From the IMG/VR virus record IMGVR_UViG_3300010398_000034, positions 1 to 27,813 of that record: a stretch of DNA of 27,813 nucleotides; one strand, written 5' to 3'. Under the pieces are notes generated by a model that saw only the letters and a program-made list of their open reading frames with translations, did not search any database and was not told the origin of the DNA. This DNA comes from a virus (lineage: Duplodnaviria; Caudoviricetes). Within the stretch, counting starts at the first letter, position 1. Every line of letters begins with the position of its first letter. This document shows positions 8,929-17,129 of this stretch, in pieces. The translations under genes and the position numbers were made by a program.

Positions 8929-9192
8929 ATGGCACGCCGTGCGCCGATGGCCCGCAATGAGTCGATCCTCACCCGTATCCTGGCGGGGGAGTCCTTGCGC
9001 CACGTGGCGCGGGCCTACGGCATCTCGCCCGAGCGCGTGCGGCAAATTGTGGGGTGGCAGGCGCGCAGCCGCAATCAGCCACTCTACGATGATCTCATGG
9101 CCGACATTGCCACGGTCTCCCTGGTGCTGCTGCGCCAGCATGCCGTATACTTTATGGAGGATGTCGCGCGCGTGCGCGAGGCCGTCCCCTGA
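8929..9192 (+). CDS. Small helix-turn-helix DNA-binding protein
   Basis: RNESILTRILAGESLRHVARAYGISPERVRQIV; RBS AAGGA. Confidence 0.75.
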   Translation: MARRAPMARNESILTRILAGESLRHVARAYGISPERVRQIVGWQARSRNQPLYDDLMADIATVSLVLLRQHAVYFMEDVARVREAVP

Positions 9193-9203
9193 AAGGAGCC
9201 CGT

Positions 9204-9383
9204 ATGCCCGATCCCGATGTGGCCTCTGCCTTCCCCGAGTTTCCCGTGGAGGAGTTTCTCGACGCCGTGGCCCTGCGCGTCCCCGCCGACTGGTGGGGCG
9301 ACCTGCCTGCGGCTGGCCCAGTGCCGCAGACCTATGCGCTGCTGCGCGACGCCGACGCCGCCGATCTGGCGTCGGAGACCTGA
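9204..9383 (+). CDS. Hypothetical acidic 59-aa protein (absent from the ORF track)
   Basis: AAAGGAG RBS, then ATG; MPDPDVASAFPEFPVEEFLDAVALRVPADWWGDLP... Confidence 0.6.
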   Translation: MPDPDVASAFPEFPVEEFLDAVALRVPADWWGDLPAAGPVPQTYALLRDADAADLASET

Positions 9384-9388
9384 CCGTG

Positions 9389-9577
9389 ATGAAGCCCCTG
9401 CAACTGAGTGCCGGCCACTGGGTGAACGTCGACCTCATCACCCGCATCGTGTCTGACCGTGGTGGCTGGTATGTCTACGTCGGCCTGCGCGAAAGCCCCG
9501 TCATGCTGACGGCGGCAGAAGGGCAGGTGCTCGCCGCCTTTCTGGGGCTGGAGGTGGACGCCGCCACGAAAAGTTAA
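9389..9577 (+). CDS. Hypothetical 62-aa protein
   Basis: MKPLQLSAGHWVNVDLITRIVSDRGGWYVYVGL...; tightly packed after the previous ORF with high-GC3 codons. Confidence 0.6.
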   Translation: MKPLQLSAGHWVNVDLITRIVSDRGGWYVYVGLRESPVMLTAAEGQVLAAFLGLEVDAATKS

Positions 9578-9583
9578 GGGTGT

Positions 9584-9884
9584 TTGACGTCCTCCGCTCC
9601 CTGACGGAAGCGGATTCCTGGGAGGTCTTACCCAGAAGTTTACGGTTCAGGTTCTTGGGGTGTGCTCCAGTCGGCTGGACCCCGTACCCTGTGCAGCGCC
9701 CCGTCATTGGGCGCCCCTAGAGCAACCTCAAGAAGCTCTAGGACTTGCGAGAGGTTCGTGCTATGCGTACAACGTTTTACGCTGACACCTCCGGTCAGCA
9801 ACCACCTACGCTGTGTTGTCGAAGAACCTGGAACGGGAACAAAAATGGTCCGTGGCAATGGACACCATCTACTCCGCAGACCAC
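9584..9884 (-). ncRNA. Orphan structured RNA ending in an IS200/IS605-type right end (TnpB omega-RNA-like)
   Basis: 3' end GGAAUCCGCUUCC guca GGGAGCGGAGGACGUCAA resembles IS605/IS1341 right ends. A long-range stem CAGGUUCUU/AAGAACCUG encloses at least five hairpins. No credible ORF; promoter at 9890-9919. Confidence 0.6.
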
Positions 9885-9889
9885 ATATA

Positions 9890-9919
9890 AGTCTAGCAGT
9901 TTATTTGTTCCCTTTACAA
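9890..9919 (-). promoter_or_regulatory. Putative promoter for the orphan structured RNA
   Basis: TTGTAA-18 nt-TAGACT with extended TG; overlapped by the imperfect palindrome GCATTTATCTGTT/AACAAATAAACTGC. Confidence 0.5.
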
Positions 9920-9985
9920 CAGATAAATGCGCTACAGATACGTAGAAGTGACAGGAGGGCATGTATGTTATTTTGGTAGTGTGTA

Positions 9986-10015
9986 TTGACATTTCACTGC
10001 AACTGTCTTTACCTT
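9986..10015 (+). promoter_or_regulatory. Sigma70-type promoter (head segment)
   Basis: TTGACA-18 nt-TACCTT, followed by the conserved leader. Confidence 0.7.
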
Positions 10016-10021
10016 GTACGC

Positions 10022-10093
10022 AGCGTGTTTTGGGAAAAGGCCAGGCGTGGCTGCCCCTGAACGCGTTTTTTGTGTGCCTGCCTGCCCCTTTCC
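10022..10093 (+). ncRNA. Conserved promoter-proximal structured leader RNA, copy 2
   Basis: AGCGUGUUUUGGG pairs with CCCUGAACGCGUU, followed by UUUUGUG. Internal GGAAAAGGCCAGGC can pair with downstream GCCUGCCCCUUUCC. Confidence 0.7.
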
Positions 10094-10128
10094 TCGCCTG
10101 ACGTTCCTGCTGTGAAAGTCTCGCTGCC

Positions 10129-10713
10129 ATGCCCTGGAGCGCTGCGGACGCCAAAAAGCATAAGCAAGGTCTCACGCCGAAACAGTCCAAAACGTGGGCC
10201 ACAGTGGCCAATGAGGCCCTCAAGCGCTGCCAGGAGTCCGGGCAGGGGGACTGTGACGGACGGGCCATACGCATTGCCAACTCGGTCGTGGGCAAGAGTG
10301 TCGACAGTGAGGCCCTGGCCCTCGTGCTCGAAGCCCGCATCGCCAAATCCGACGATGAGCAGCGCCGTATCTGGGGCTATGCCTCGATTGCCGTGATGAA
10401 AAATGGCGTGCAACTGATTGATCTCCAGGGCGATGCCATCGACATCGAGGACCTCGCCGCCGGGTGGTACGACTACGTCAAAGAATCGGGCGCGCTCAAT
10501 TTCCAACATCAGGGTCCGGTGCGCGGGCGCTTGATTGAGGCGGTCGTGTTTACGCCGGAAAAGCTGGCGCTGTGGGGCCTGGAGCCCGATGCCCTGCCGC
10601 TGGCGGCCTGGGTCGGGTACGAGGTCGACACGCCAGAGGATTACCACGTGCTCAAAGATCTCGGCTTTTTTATGTTCTCCATCGAGGGCGAGGCCCTCAG
10701 AGAGCCCTTCTAA
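10129..10713 (+). CDS. XkdF-like putative prohead protease with ChaB-like N-terminus
   Basis: IAKSDDEQRRIWGYASI...DLQGDAID...NFQH...FSIEG; N-terminal WATVANEAL...RAIRIANSVV. Confidence 0.75.
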   Translation: MPWSAADAKKHKQGLTPKQSKTWATVANEALKRCQESGQGDCDGRAIRIANSVVGKSVDSEALALVLEARIAKSDDEQRRIWGYASIAVMKNGVQLIDLQGDAIDIEDLAAGWYDYVKESGALNFQHQGPVRGRLIEAVVFTPEKLALWGLEPDALPLAAWVGYEVDTPEDYHVLKDLGFFMFSIEGEALREPF

Positions 10714-12446
10714 TGCCGACCAAGCTGCGCAAACTCAAAATCACACGGGTCGCAGTGTGTCGGCAGGGCGCCAACTTCGACCCGGAGACGGGCGAGGGGG
10801 CGCATATTCTCCTGTTCAAGGCCCAGGACGAGGAGGAGAAGCGGCGCAGTGGGGTGGGAGCGACGCCGCAACCGGATGCGCGGGATCTGGAGGACGAGGA
10901 CGAGGAGGAGGACGAGGACGAGGACGAGGCCGAGGGCAGCGTCGGCAAGGCGTGGTCGACCGCTGCGGTCAACGATTTTCCTGACGCAAGTTTCGCCTAT
11001 ATTAGTCCAGGTGGCTCGAAGGATGCGAGCGGGAAAACGACACCCAGAAGCCTGCGCCATCTGCCCTATAAGGATAAGGGGGGTAAGCCCGATCGGGATC
11101 ATGTGCAGAATGCCCTGGCACGCCTGAACCAGACCGACATCCCCGCCGCTGCGAAAGCCAGCGCCGGACGCAAACTCCGGGCGGCGGCCCGCGCGCTGGG
11201 CATGGAGCTGAGCGCGGACACCGAGAAGCAGGCCCTGGACTACTCGCCCCTCACCGGCTGGCACAGTGAACCCGATGCCGACGCGGCTACCGAGCCCTTG
11301 GACTACGCCACGCGCAGCCAGCAGCAGGAACTGTGGTCGTGCCTGCTTGATAAGTGGCAGCGCTTCTCGACGACGTTCTATGACTGTGTCGGCGATATGG
11401 ACGCCGATAACGTCGCCTGTCTCCCGGTGCTGACGCGCTCTATTGGGCAGTTTGAAGAAGACGTGCAGGAGCTGCTCTCGGAACTGGGCATCGTCGAGAA
11501 AACGGCCCCGGTCCTGGCGCAGATGACCGAGGTGTGTAAGGCTGGCGCGGCCATGGCCGGACACCGCCTGACGCGCCTGAAGCATGCCATTACCACGCTG
11601 CAACAGATTCTGGATGAGTGTACCCCCGAAACTATTGACCGCCCTGGCGTCTCCGCAGCCGATGTGCTGTCCATGCCTGGGATCATGAAAGGAGAGGCCG
11701 CCATGGCTCTAGTCCGCAAGAATGCCGAGAGTGATAAGGAACACTGCGACAACTGTGAGGACGAGGATTGCGAGCACCCAGCCCACGAGCGCATGCAGAA
11801 GACCATGCAGGGGCAACTTGAGGCGCTGACGAAGCGCGCCGAGAAAGCCGAAGCCCAGGTGACCGCGCTCTCTGCCGACCTCGTCAAGTCCCAGAGCGAC
11901 CTCGCCACCCTGCGCGAGGAGATGGCCGTCGCCAAAATGAGTCCCGAGGAACAGCGCGTCAAGATGCTGGAGAGCATGCCCGACCTCGTGCGCAAGAACT
12001 ACCTGGATCAGGAAGCCCGGTTGGAACTCCTGGAAAAGAGTAACCGCGACCTGCAGGAGGGCAACCAGCGCCTGGCCTATATCCAGAAGACGGCCGGTCT
12101 CAGGCATTTTGGCCTGACGCCCGATAGCTGGCGCGTGCTCAAAGCGATCGACTTAATCCCGGATGAGGCGGACCGCACCGAACTGCTGCGCCTCATCACC
12201 TCGGCCAATGAACTCATGAAAACGTCGGCCGCCTGGGGCGCCCGCGGCTCCGATGGCCACGGCGCCGGCCTCTCTGCCTCCGCCACCGGCGATGCCGAAG
12301 GCCAGATCCTGGCGCTGGCCAAAGCGCGGGCCGAGGAGAAGGGCGAAACGCTCTCAAAAGCGATCGAGCACATCGCCCGCAGTCAGCCCGAGTTGTGGGA
12401 GCAGAATCAAAGAGAAAAGCGCGCCAAGAATCGGGTCAACACCTAG
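10713..12446 (+). CDS. Head maturation/scaffolding protein
   Basis: TAATG coupling to the upstream gene. N-terminal ITRVAVCRQGAN...HILLFKA, acidic (ED)n tract, NDFPDASFAYI...RHLPYKD module, coiled-coil C-terminus; strong internal RBS and ATG at 11703. Confidence 0.75.
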   Translation: MPTKLRKLKITRVAVCRQGANFDPETGEGAHILLFKAQDEEEKRRSGVGATPQPDARDLEDEDEEEDEDEDEAEGSVGKAWSTAAVNDFPDASFAYISPGGSKDASGKTTPRSLRHLPYKDKGGKPDRDHVQNALARLNQTDIPAAAKASAGRKLRAAARALGMELSADTEKQALDYSPLTGWHSEPDADAATEPLDYATRSQQQELWSCLLDKWQRFSTTFYDCVGDMDADNVACLPVLTRSIGQFEEDVQELLSELGIVEKTAPVLAQMTEVCKAGAAMAGHRLTRLKHAITTLQQILDECTPETIDRPGVSAADVLSMPGIMKGEAAMALVRKNAESDKEHCDNCEDEDCEHPAHERMQKTMQGQLEALTKRAEKAEAQVTALSADLVKSQSDLATLREEMAVAKMSPEEQRVKMLESMPDLVRKNYLDQEARLELLEKSNRDLQEGNQRLAYIQKTAGLRHFGLTPDSWRVLKAIDLIPDEADRTELLRLITSANELMKTSAAWGARGSDGHGAGLSASATGDAEGQILALAKARAEEKGETLSKAIEHIARSQPELWEQNQREKRAKNRVNT

Positions 12447-12526
12447 GGACGCCTCCCAGGGCTATCACCTTTCGTCCGCCACAGCCTGTTCCGGACGGGG
12501 CCAGGGGCGGAAAGGAGCCGTACGCT

Positions 12527-12928
12527 ATGCCACATATTGCGGTCTATGACGACAGTTTTCGCTCCACCACGGACATGCGCCTGAAGCAATTCGCGCCCGT
12601 GAAATTGGCCGCCACCAAGGATTTTATTACCGAGTGTGCCGCTGCGACGGATGATGTCTACGGCATTCAGCAGGGGAAACCCAATGTGAATGAAGTCGGG
12701 CGCATTGCCATTGTCGGGCGCTGGACGGCCTTAGTCGACGGCTCGGGCACCGCCATTGCTATCGGCGATCCCTTGGGTCCCAACGCCACCGGCACCATGC
12801 TGGTCAAAAAGACCACGGCGGATAACGCCATCTGTGCGCGCGCCTTGGATGTCTGCACCATTAGCGGCGGCAAAATCGACGTCGATTTGTTTGCCGGCAT
12901 GGGCGCGCGCTTTCGCCCGGCGGCGTAG
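12527..12928 (+). CDS. Capsid cement/decoration protein (DUF2190-like)
   Basis: AAAGGAG RBS; 133 aa, YGIQQGKP...AIAIGDPL...ARALD; lies between scaffold and capsid. Confidence 0.7.
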   Translation: MPHIAVYDDSFRSTTDMRLKQFAPVKLAATKDFITECAAATDDVYGIQQGKPNVNEVGRIAIVGRWTALVDGSGTAIAIGDPLGPNATGTMLVKKTTADNAICARALDVCTISGGKIDVDLFAGMGARFRPAA

Positions 12929-12938
12929 GGGGGGGCGC

Positions 12939-13199
12939 ATGCCAGATGATCCGTATCTGGATGAGTTGCTCCGGCACCTCTCCATCACGTACCGGCCCGA
13001 GCTTGAGCGCCCGCAGCGCCTGGCCCACACGTGGGGTGGCGTGGAGGGGTATCCGCCCCTCTCTGGCCGCATCCCGCGGGGCACCCAGGCGGACTGGTTT
13101 CGCCCTCTGACTGGCTGGGGACGCCTGCGGGACTGGGCCTGGAGTCGGACGACCCTGCTCGTATCGTGCCTCAGGCGGTGGGGGAAGGGGCTCCTCTAG
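12939..13199 (+). pseudogene. Degenerate duplicate of the major capsid N-terminus
   Basis: DPYLDELLRHLSITY...SGRIPRGTQADWFR aligns with capsid DPYVDILLTEISIGY...TGFIPGYMQSDWFR; the stop overlaps the HNH stop. Confidence 0.7.
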
Positions 13200-13939
13200 G
13201 AGCCCGCAAAGTCAAAGGTGAGGGTGGCATCTTCCGGGGACTGGCGCTTGGCAGAGCGCTGGCCCCGGCGCATCAGTTGGGCACTCTGTTCATGGGCATA
13301 GGTTGTCTGAAACCATACCAGAAACCTGGGTAGATTGACATGCTCCAGCAGACCATGCACAAGGCGATGACAGCCATAACACAGGCAGACAAAGTTCTCT
13401 ACCACGTTGTTCTTCCTGTTGCGGTCAATATGATGCAGATAGACCGCCCGGTCGGCATACGACACGCCGCACAGCACACAACACCCCTTGTCGCGCCTCC
13501 ACGCGATAACACCGCCTTCGCCATAGGTCTGACGGATGCGAAACTCTTTTTCGGCTTCCAGCGTCGTGCCCATCGTATTGACCATACGCTTGCGCCGGTG
13601 CTTCCGGGTGCCCTCCACAGCCGCAAGCATGTGTGTGACACAATGGCGTCGCGAGCTGGGGGCCAAACGCTCATCGCAATGCACACACAGCCCACGACTC
13701 AGATGGTCTTCTGCCCTCGCCTGCGCCATGGCTTGGCGCTTTTCCAGACAGTCGTCACACGTTACTTTGCCATTCGCTGTCGGTCTGCCGCAGGATCTGC
13801 ACTGGCCCCGCACGCTGCGCAGAATGGTGCGGACTGTGTTGTCATGAATTCCCATAATGCGTGCCGTTTTACGGAGTTCTCCCGTTTCCGCATAGACGGC
13901 CAGGACGCGGTCGCGATCAACAATTCTCGGTCGGGCCAT
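13196..13939 (-). CDS. Free-standing HNH endonuclease with N-terminal HTH and zinc fingers
   Basis: ELRKTARIMGIHDNTVRTIL (HTH), two Cys/His clusters, RDKGCCVLCG...LHHIDRNRKNNVVENFVCLCYGCHRLVH; RBS GAGGAG. Confidence 0.9.
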   Translation of the reverse strand: MARPRIVDRDRVLAVYAETGELRKTARIMGIHDNTVRTILRSVRGQCRSCGRPTANGKVTCDDCLEKRQAMAQARAEDHLSRGLCVHCDERLAPSSRRHCVTHMLAAVEGTRKHRRKRMVNTMGTTLEAEKEFRIRQTYGEGGVIAWRRDKGCCVLCGVSYADRAVYLHHIDRNRKNNVVENFVCLCYGCHRLVHGLLEHVNLPRFLVWFQTTYAHEQSAQLMRRGQRSAKRQSPEDATLTFDFAGS

Positions 13940-13979
13940 CGGTGTTCTCTCCTCTCTGTTTCAATGTCGAAGATGCTTA

Positions 13980-14008
13980 ATTGTACCAAGAATGACAGAG
14001 AATGTCAA
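13980..14008 (-). promoter_or_regulatory. Promoter of HNH 13196..13939
   Basis: TTGACA-17 nt-TACAAT with extended TG; short leader without the junction motif. Confidence 0.8.
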
Positions 14009-14149
14009 CATATTTCTAACGCCATGAGGCATAACCATGTGGCGTTTATGGGGGAGAGTATTTGTTCCCTCATAGATGATTATAATTTGGCACAGCCTAT
14101 ATTATACAACGATATAGGAATAGCCGTAGATCCAGAAAGGTAACGCCGC

Positions 14150-15091
14150 ATGGCTGAGACAGCGCTACACGACCCTTATGTCGATATCTTGTTAACCGAG
14201 ATCAGTATAGGATATTCCAACCCGGACTATATCTTCCCGCAGATTGCCTCGGTGGTGCCCTGCCGCTGGCCCACGGGCTTTATTCCGGGCTACATGCAGT
14301 CCGACTGGTTCCGCAACACCGCGAACCGCCGGGCGACGGGCACCATGAGCCGGCGCGGCTCGTTTAACCTGACCACCGACACGTATTCGTCGAAGCGCGA
14401 TTCCTTTGGGTTTGAGTTGGCGGATGAAGTGAGAGACGCGACGATGGAACCGTACAACATGGACAGAGACGGCACCCTGTTCGCGACCGACCGGGTCTTA
14501 ATGACCCAGGAGATGGACTTCTCCACGAACCTCTTTACGACCGGCGTCTGGACCGATGCCACGGGCTACGTGCAGTGGTCCGACTACGGGGCGAGTGTGC
14601 CGCTACTCCTCGTGGCGCAGTCGCTTGATAATATCGAGGGCCGCGTCGGGCGTGAAGGCAATATGGTAGTTCTAGGTAAACAAGTTTTCACTGTACTAAG
14701 GTGGCATCCGGATCTCCTGGATACCATCAAGTACACACAGCGCGCCATCATTACCGAAGACATCATGCAGTCGCTCTTTGGGGTGGATAAAATCCTGGTG
14801 GGGCGCGGCATTTACACGGCCAGCCCGGAAGGCACGGCGGAAGCGAGTGTGGTGTATCAGCGCATCTGGGCGAAGAACTGCCTGTTTCTGTACAACCCAC
14901 CCGCTCCTAGTTTAATTACTCCTGCGGCAGTCTATAATTTTGTTTGGCAGCGTGTACCTCTTAGTAATACTTATATGAGACGCTTTCGCGAAGAGCCTAG
15001 GGAGCTTGACGTGCTTGAAGCGAACTCGTATCATGATTTTCATGTAACATCCTCGCGGTCTGGAGAGTTTCTAGCGAACATTGTGGCATAG
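14150..15091 (+). CDS. Major capsid protein
   Basis: 313 aa; VDILLTEISIGYSNPDYIFPQI, WSDYGASVP, LRWHPDLLDTIKYT, IWAKNCLFLY; follows scaffold and cement genes. Confidence 0.88.
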   Translation: MAETALHDPYVDILLTEISIGYSNPDYIFPQIASVVPCRWPTGFIPGYMQSDWFRNTANRRATGTMSRRGSFNLTTDTYSSKRDSFGFELADEVRDATMEPYNMDRDGTLFATDRVLMTQEMDFSTNLFTTGVWTDATGYVQWSDYGASVPLLLVAQSLDNIEGRVGREGNMVVLGKQVFTVLRWHPDLLDTIKYTQRAIITEDIMQSLFGVDKILVGRGIYTASPEGTAEASVVYQRIWAKNCLFLYNPPAPSLITPAAVYNFVWQRVPLSNTYMRRFREEPRELDVLEANSYHDFHVTSSRSGEFLANIVA

Positions 15092-15092
15092 G

Positions 15093-16133
15093 CTAAAAGA
15101 TACCTAATTGCTCATTAAAAGGTAACATATTAACCGGGGTCCCGTAGCGCAACTCAAAGCGCACTCGGATGGAAGCCAGCAGTTCTGGGCTTTCCAGGCG
15201 ATTGTTCTTCAAGGTGTTACAGTAATGATGGGCCAGTTTCGTGTTACGATAGCTATGGTCCCCGCCACGTGTCACTGGAATGCGGTGGTCTATGGTGGGG
15301 ATACGCTTATCGGGCCATTTCAGACCGGCATCGACGGGGTAGCCACAGAGAGTGCACATGCCATGATCCCGTTCGTACACCAGGGCAATATCAATAAAGC
15401 GATCCGTGATCTGTGCCCCTCTGAGCAAGGCGCGTCGGCGCTGCGATGCCGCCCGGCGATAGCTCGGATGTTCCAGAAACCACCGGATGCTTTTTTGCCG
15501 CATTTTCTCCATGCGTACCGGATTGCTTCGCGCTTTCTCCCGGTCGCGGGCACCATAGATTTTGACTGCTTCGGGATGGGCCAGTTGCCACCGGCGCGTC
15601 TTGGCATAAATCACCGCACGCCTCTCAGGGTCCTGCCGCACTTTCTTGGCATGCCGATTCGCGATAGGTCTGCGCTTCTCAGGGTTTTCTCTATTCCACG
15701 CGGCATTGCTCGCTTTACGGCACGTGGTGCAGAATGTATCCATCCCCGTCTTGCTGTAGGGATTATCGTAAAACTCGCTCGCTACCTTCGTCTGTCCACA
15801 CTGCGAACACGCTTTCTCAACAATGCGCTCATCACGGGGATGGATCGGCTGGCTCCGCCCGTTATGACAGTCCTTACATTCAGCTTGCAAGCCATCAGGG
15901 CTGCGCGACCACTTATGAAACTCCGAGCCAGGCTTGACTTCTTGACACCTCGAACATGCTTTTGTCTCAACAGCAATCTTGGGCGCTTGCGTCCTGGCAC
16001 TATCGCGCTTTTTAAAGCACTCCTTGCACTCAGCCATGACACCAAGACGACCACCTTTGGCCTTATGAAACGCGCTCAAGGGCTTGGGATCACCACACTT
16101 GGAACATACTTTAGTCAGTTCTGGGGCTTCCAT
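15093..16133 (-). CDS. Free-standing HNH endonuclease with three CxxC...CxxC zinc-binding repeats (paralog of 6112..7149)
   Basis: Three KxCSxC-x~22-CxxC repeats; YERDHGMCTLCG...TIDHRIPVTRGGDHSYRNTKLAHHYCNTLK. ATG 16133 behind AGGAGG. Ends QLGIF. Confidence 0.9.
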   Translation of the reverse strand: MEAPELTKVCSKCGDPKPLSAFHKAKGGRLGVMAECKECFKKRDSARTQAPKIAVETKACSRCQEVKPGSEFHKWSRSPDGLQAECKDCHNGRSQPIHPRDERIVEKACSQCGQTKVASEFYDNPYSKTGMDTFCTTCRKASNAAWNRENPEKRRPIANRHAKKVRQDPERRAVIYAKTRRWQLAHPEAVKIYGARDREKARSNPVRMEKMRQKSIRWFLEHPSYRRAASQRRRALLRGAQITDRFIDIALVYERDHGMCTLCGYPVDAGLKWPDKRIPTIDHRIPVTRGGDHSYRNTKLAHHYCNTLKNNRLESPELLASIRVRFELRYGTPVNMLPFNEQLGIF

Positions 16134-16156
16134 GACACCTCCTGTACGGTGAAAGA

Positions 16157-16231
16157 TGGGGTGTTCAGGCTCCCAGCCTCTACAGGGAAGCCAGGACTTG
16201 CTCGGACGCTGATCAGGCGTCACCTGAACAC
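16157..16231 (-). ncRNA. HNH-associated three-way-junction leader RNA, copy B
   Basis: GUGUUCAGG-U-[GACGC cugauca GCGUC]-CGAGCAAGU-[CCUGGCUUC ccugua GAGGCUGGG]-AG-CCUGAACAC-CCCA. Confidence 0.75.
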
Positions 16232-16236
16232 TATAG

Positions 16237-16265
16237 ATTATACCATATTACGTCATTTTGTACAA
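16237..16265 (-). promoter_or_regulatory. Promoter of HNH cassette B
   Basis: TTGTAC-17 nt-TATAAT with extended TG. Confidence 0.8.
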
Positions 16266-16275
16266 GGTAATTGTT

Positions 16276-17124
16276 ATGCCTGACGACACGGCCAGCGAGT
16301 TTCTGGAAGTCCTCCAGCGCCTCTCGGACCAGCAGTCCTCGACCTTTGAGCGGCTGCTCCTCCAGCGCGGCATGGCCTGTAACTTGAACCAGCAGTATGT
16401 GCAGTCCCTCGCCATGCGCCTGCTGTGTACCACGGTGGTCGACCCCCTGACCAACGACACACGCCTGTGCGAGCACGGTTGTGGGCATGTCTGGTACGAC
16501 ATCCCGGCAGCAGTGCAGGACGCCTATGAGAGGTGGTCGGCACAGTGGGAGGATGAAGAGGGCGAGCCAGAGCCCGCAGATGCGGGGCAAGGTGAGGTGC
16601 CCCAGGACGTTGCGCCCGCTGATCACGTACCGGTGGTGCTGCCGGTTGAGGAACCTCTGGAGCCTCCGGTGCCCCCACCACCTGCACCTCCTCGCCCGCT
16701 GGCCATCCGTCCGGCCCGCGTGCAGCAGCAATGGTGGTGTAGGTTCACCGTGCCCGGCATGGGGTACTTTACCTACAAGGGCACCAACTACGACCGCGGC
16801 CAGCTCCTCACCTTGAGCGGCGGCCCGCGCGATGAACAACTGGAGCGCCTCGGCTATGTCTACCGGGCGCCTAGGGAAGAGACGTACCTCCAGGCCCAGT
16901 GCGGCGTCTGCCAGGCCTGGTTTCTCACCGAGGCCTTTCGCGATCAGCACGGGCGACTGCGCCACCGCGGGCGTTTCGCGGACGATCTGGAGATTGGCGG
17001 CGGCATGGAGGGACCACAGGGCGGTACCGGCTTCCGCGATATTACGGGCGATGCCGATGAAAGACGTATGCAGGCGCAGTACCCGCTGCACTTAGACCGC
17101 ACCAAGGCGACCCTGGAGGGCTAG
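16276..17124 (+). CDS. Hypothetical protein with Pro-rich linker and C2H2-like zinc finger
   Basis: ATG 16276 after AAGG; CGVCQAWFLTEAFRDQHGRLRH. Confidence 0.7.
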   Translation: MPDDTASEFLEVLQRLSDQQSSTFERLLLQRGMACNLNQQYVQSLAMRLLCTTVVDPLTNDTRLCEHGCGHVWYDIPAAVQDAYERWSAQWEDEEGEPEPADAGQGEVPQDVAPADHVPVVLPVEEPLEPPVPPPPAPPRPLAIRPARVQQQWWCRFTVPGMGYFTYKGTNYDRGQLLTLSGGPRDEQLERLGYVYRAPREETYLQAQCGVCQAWFLTEAFRDQHGRLRHRGRFADDLEIGGGMEGPQGGTGFRDITGDADERRMQAQYPLHLDRTKATLEG

Positions 17125-17129
17125 AGGCG

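Noticed and set aside
9584-9884. Group I intron/IStron or tnpB pseudogene
   Set aside because: It is intergenic, no P7 core (R/S) sequences are recognisable, and the overlapping ORFs show no zinc-finger or DxNAAxN remnant.
10572-10712. N-terminal extension of the scaffold ORF given in the track
   Set aside because: Overlaps the XkdF-like gene; TAATG coupling points to the start at 10713.
13762-13989. ORF beginning VQLSIFD (clamp-like motif)
   Set aside because: TTG start inside the HNH promoter, no RBS, and overlaps the HNH out of frame; probably chance.
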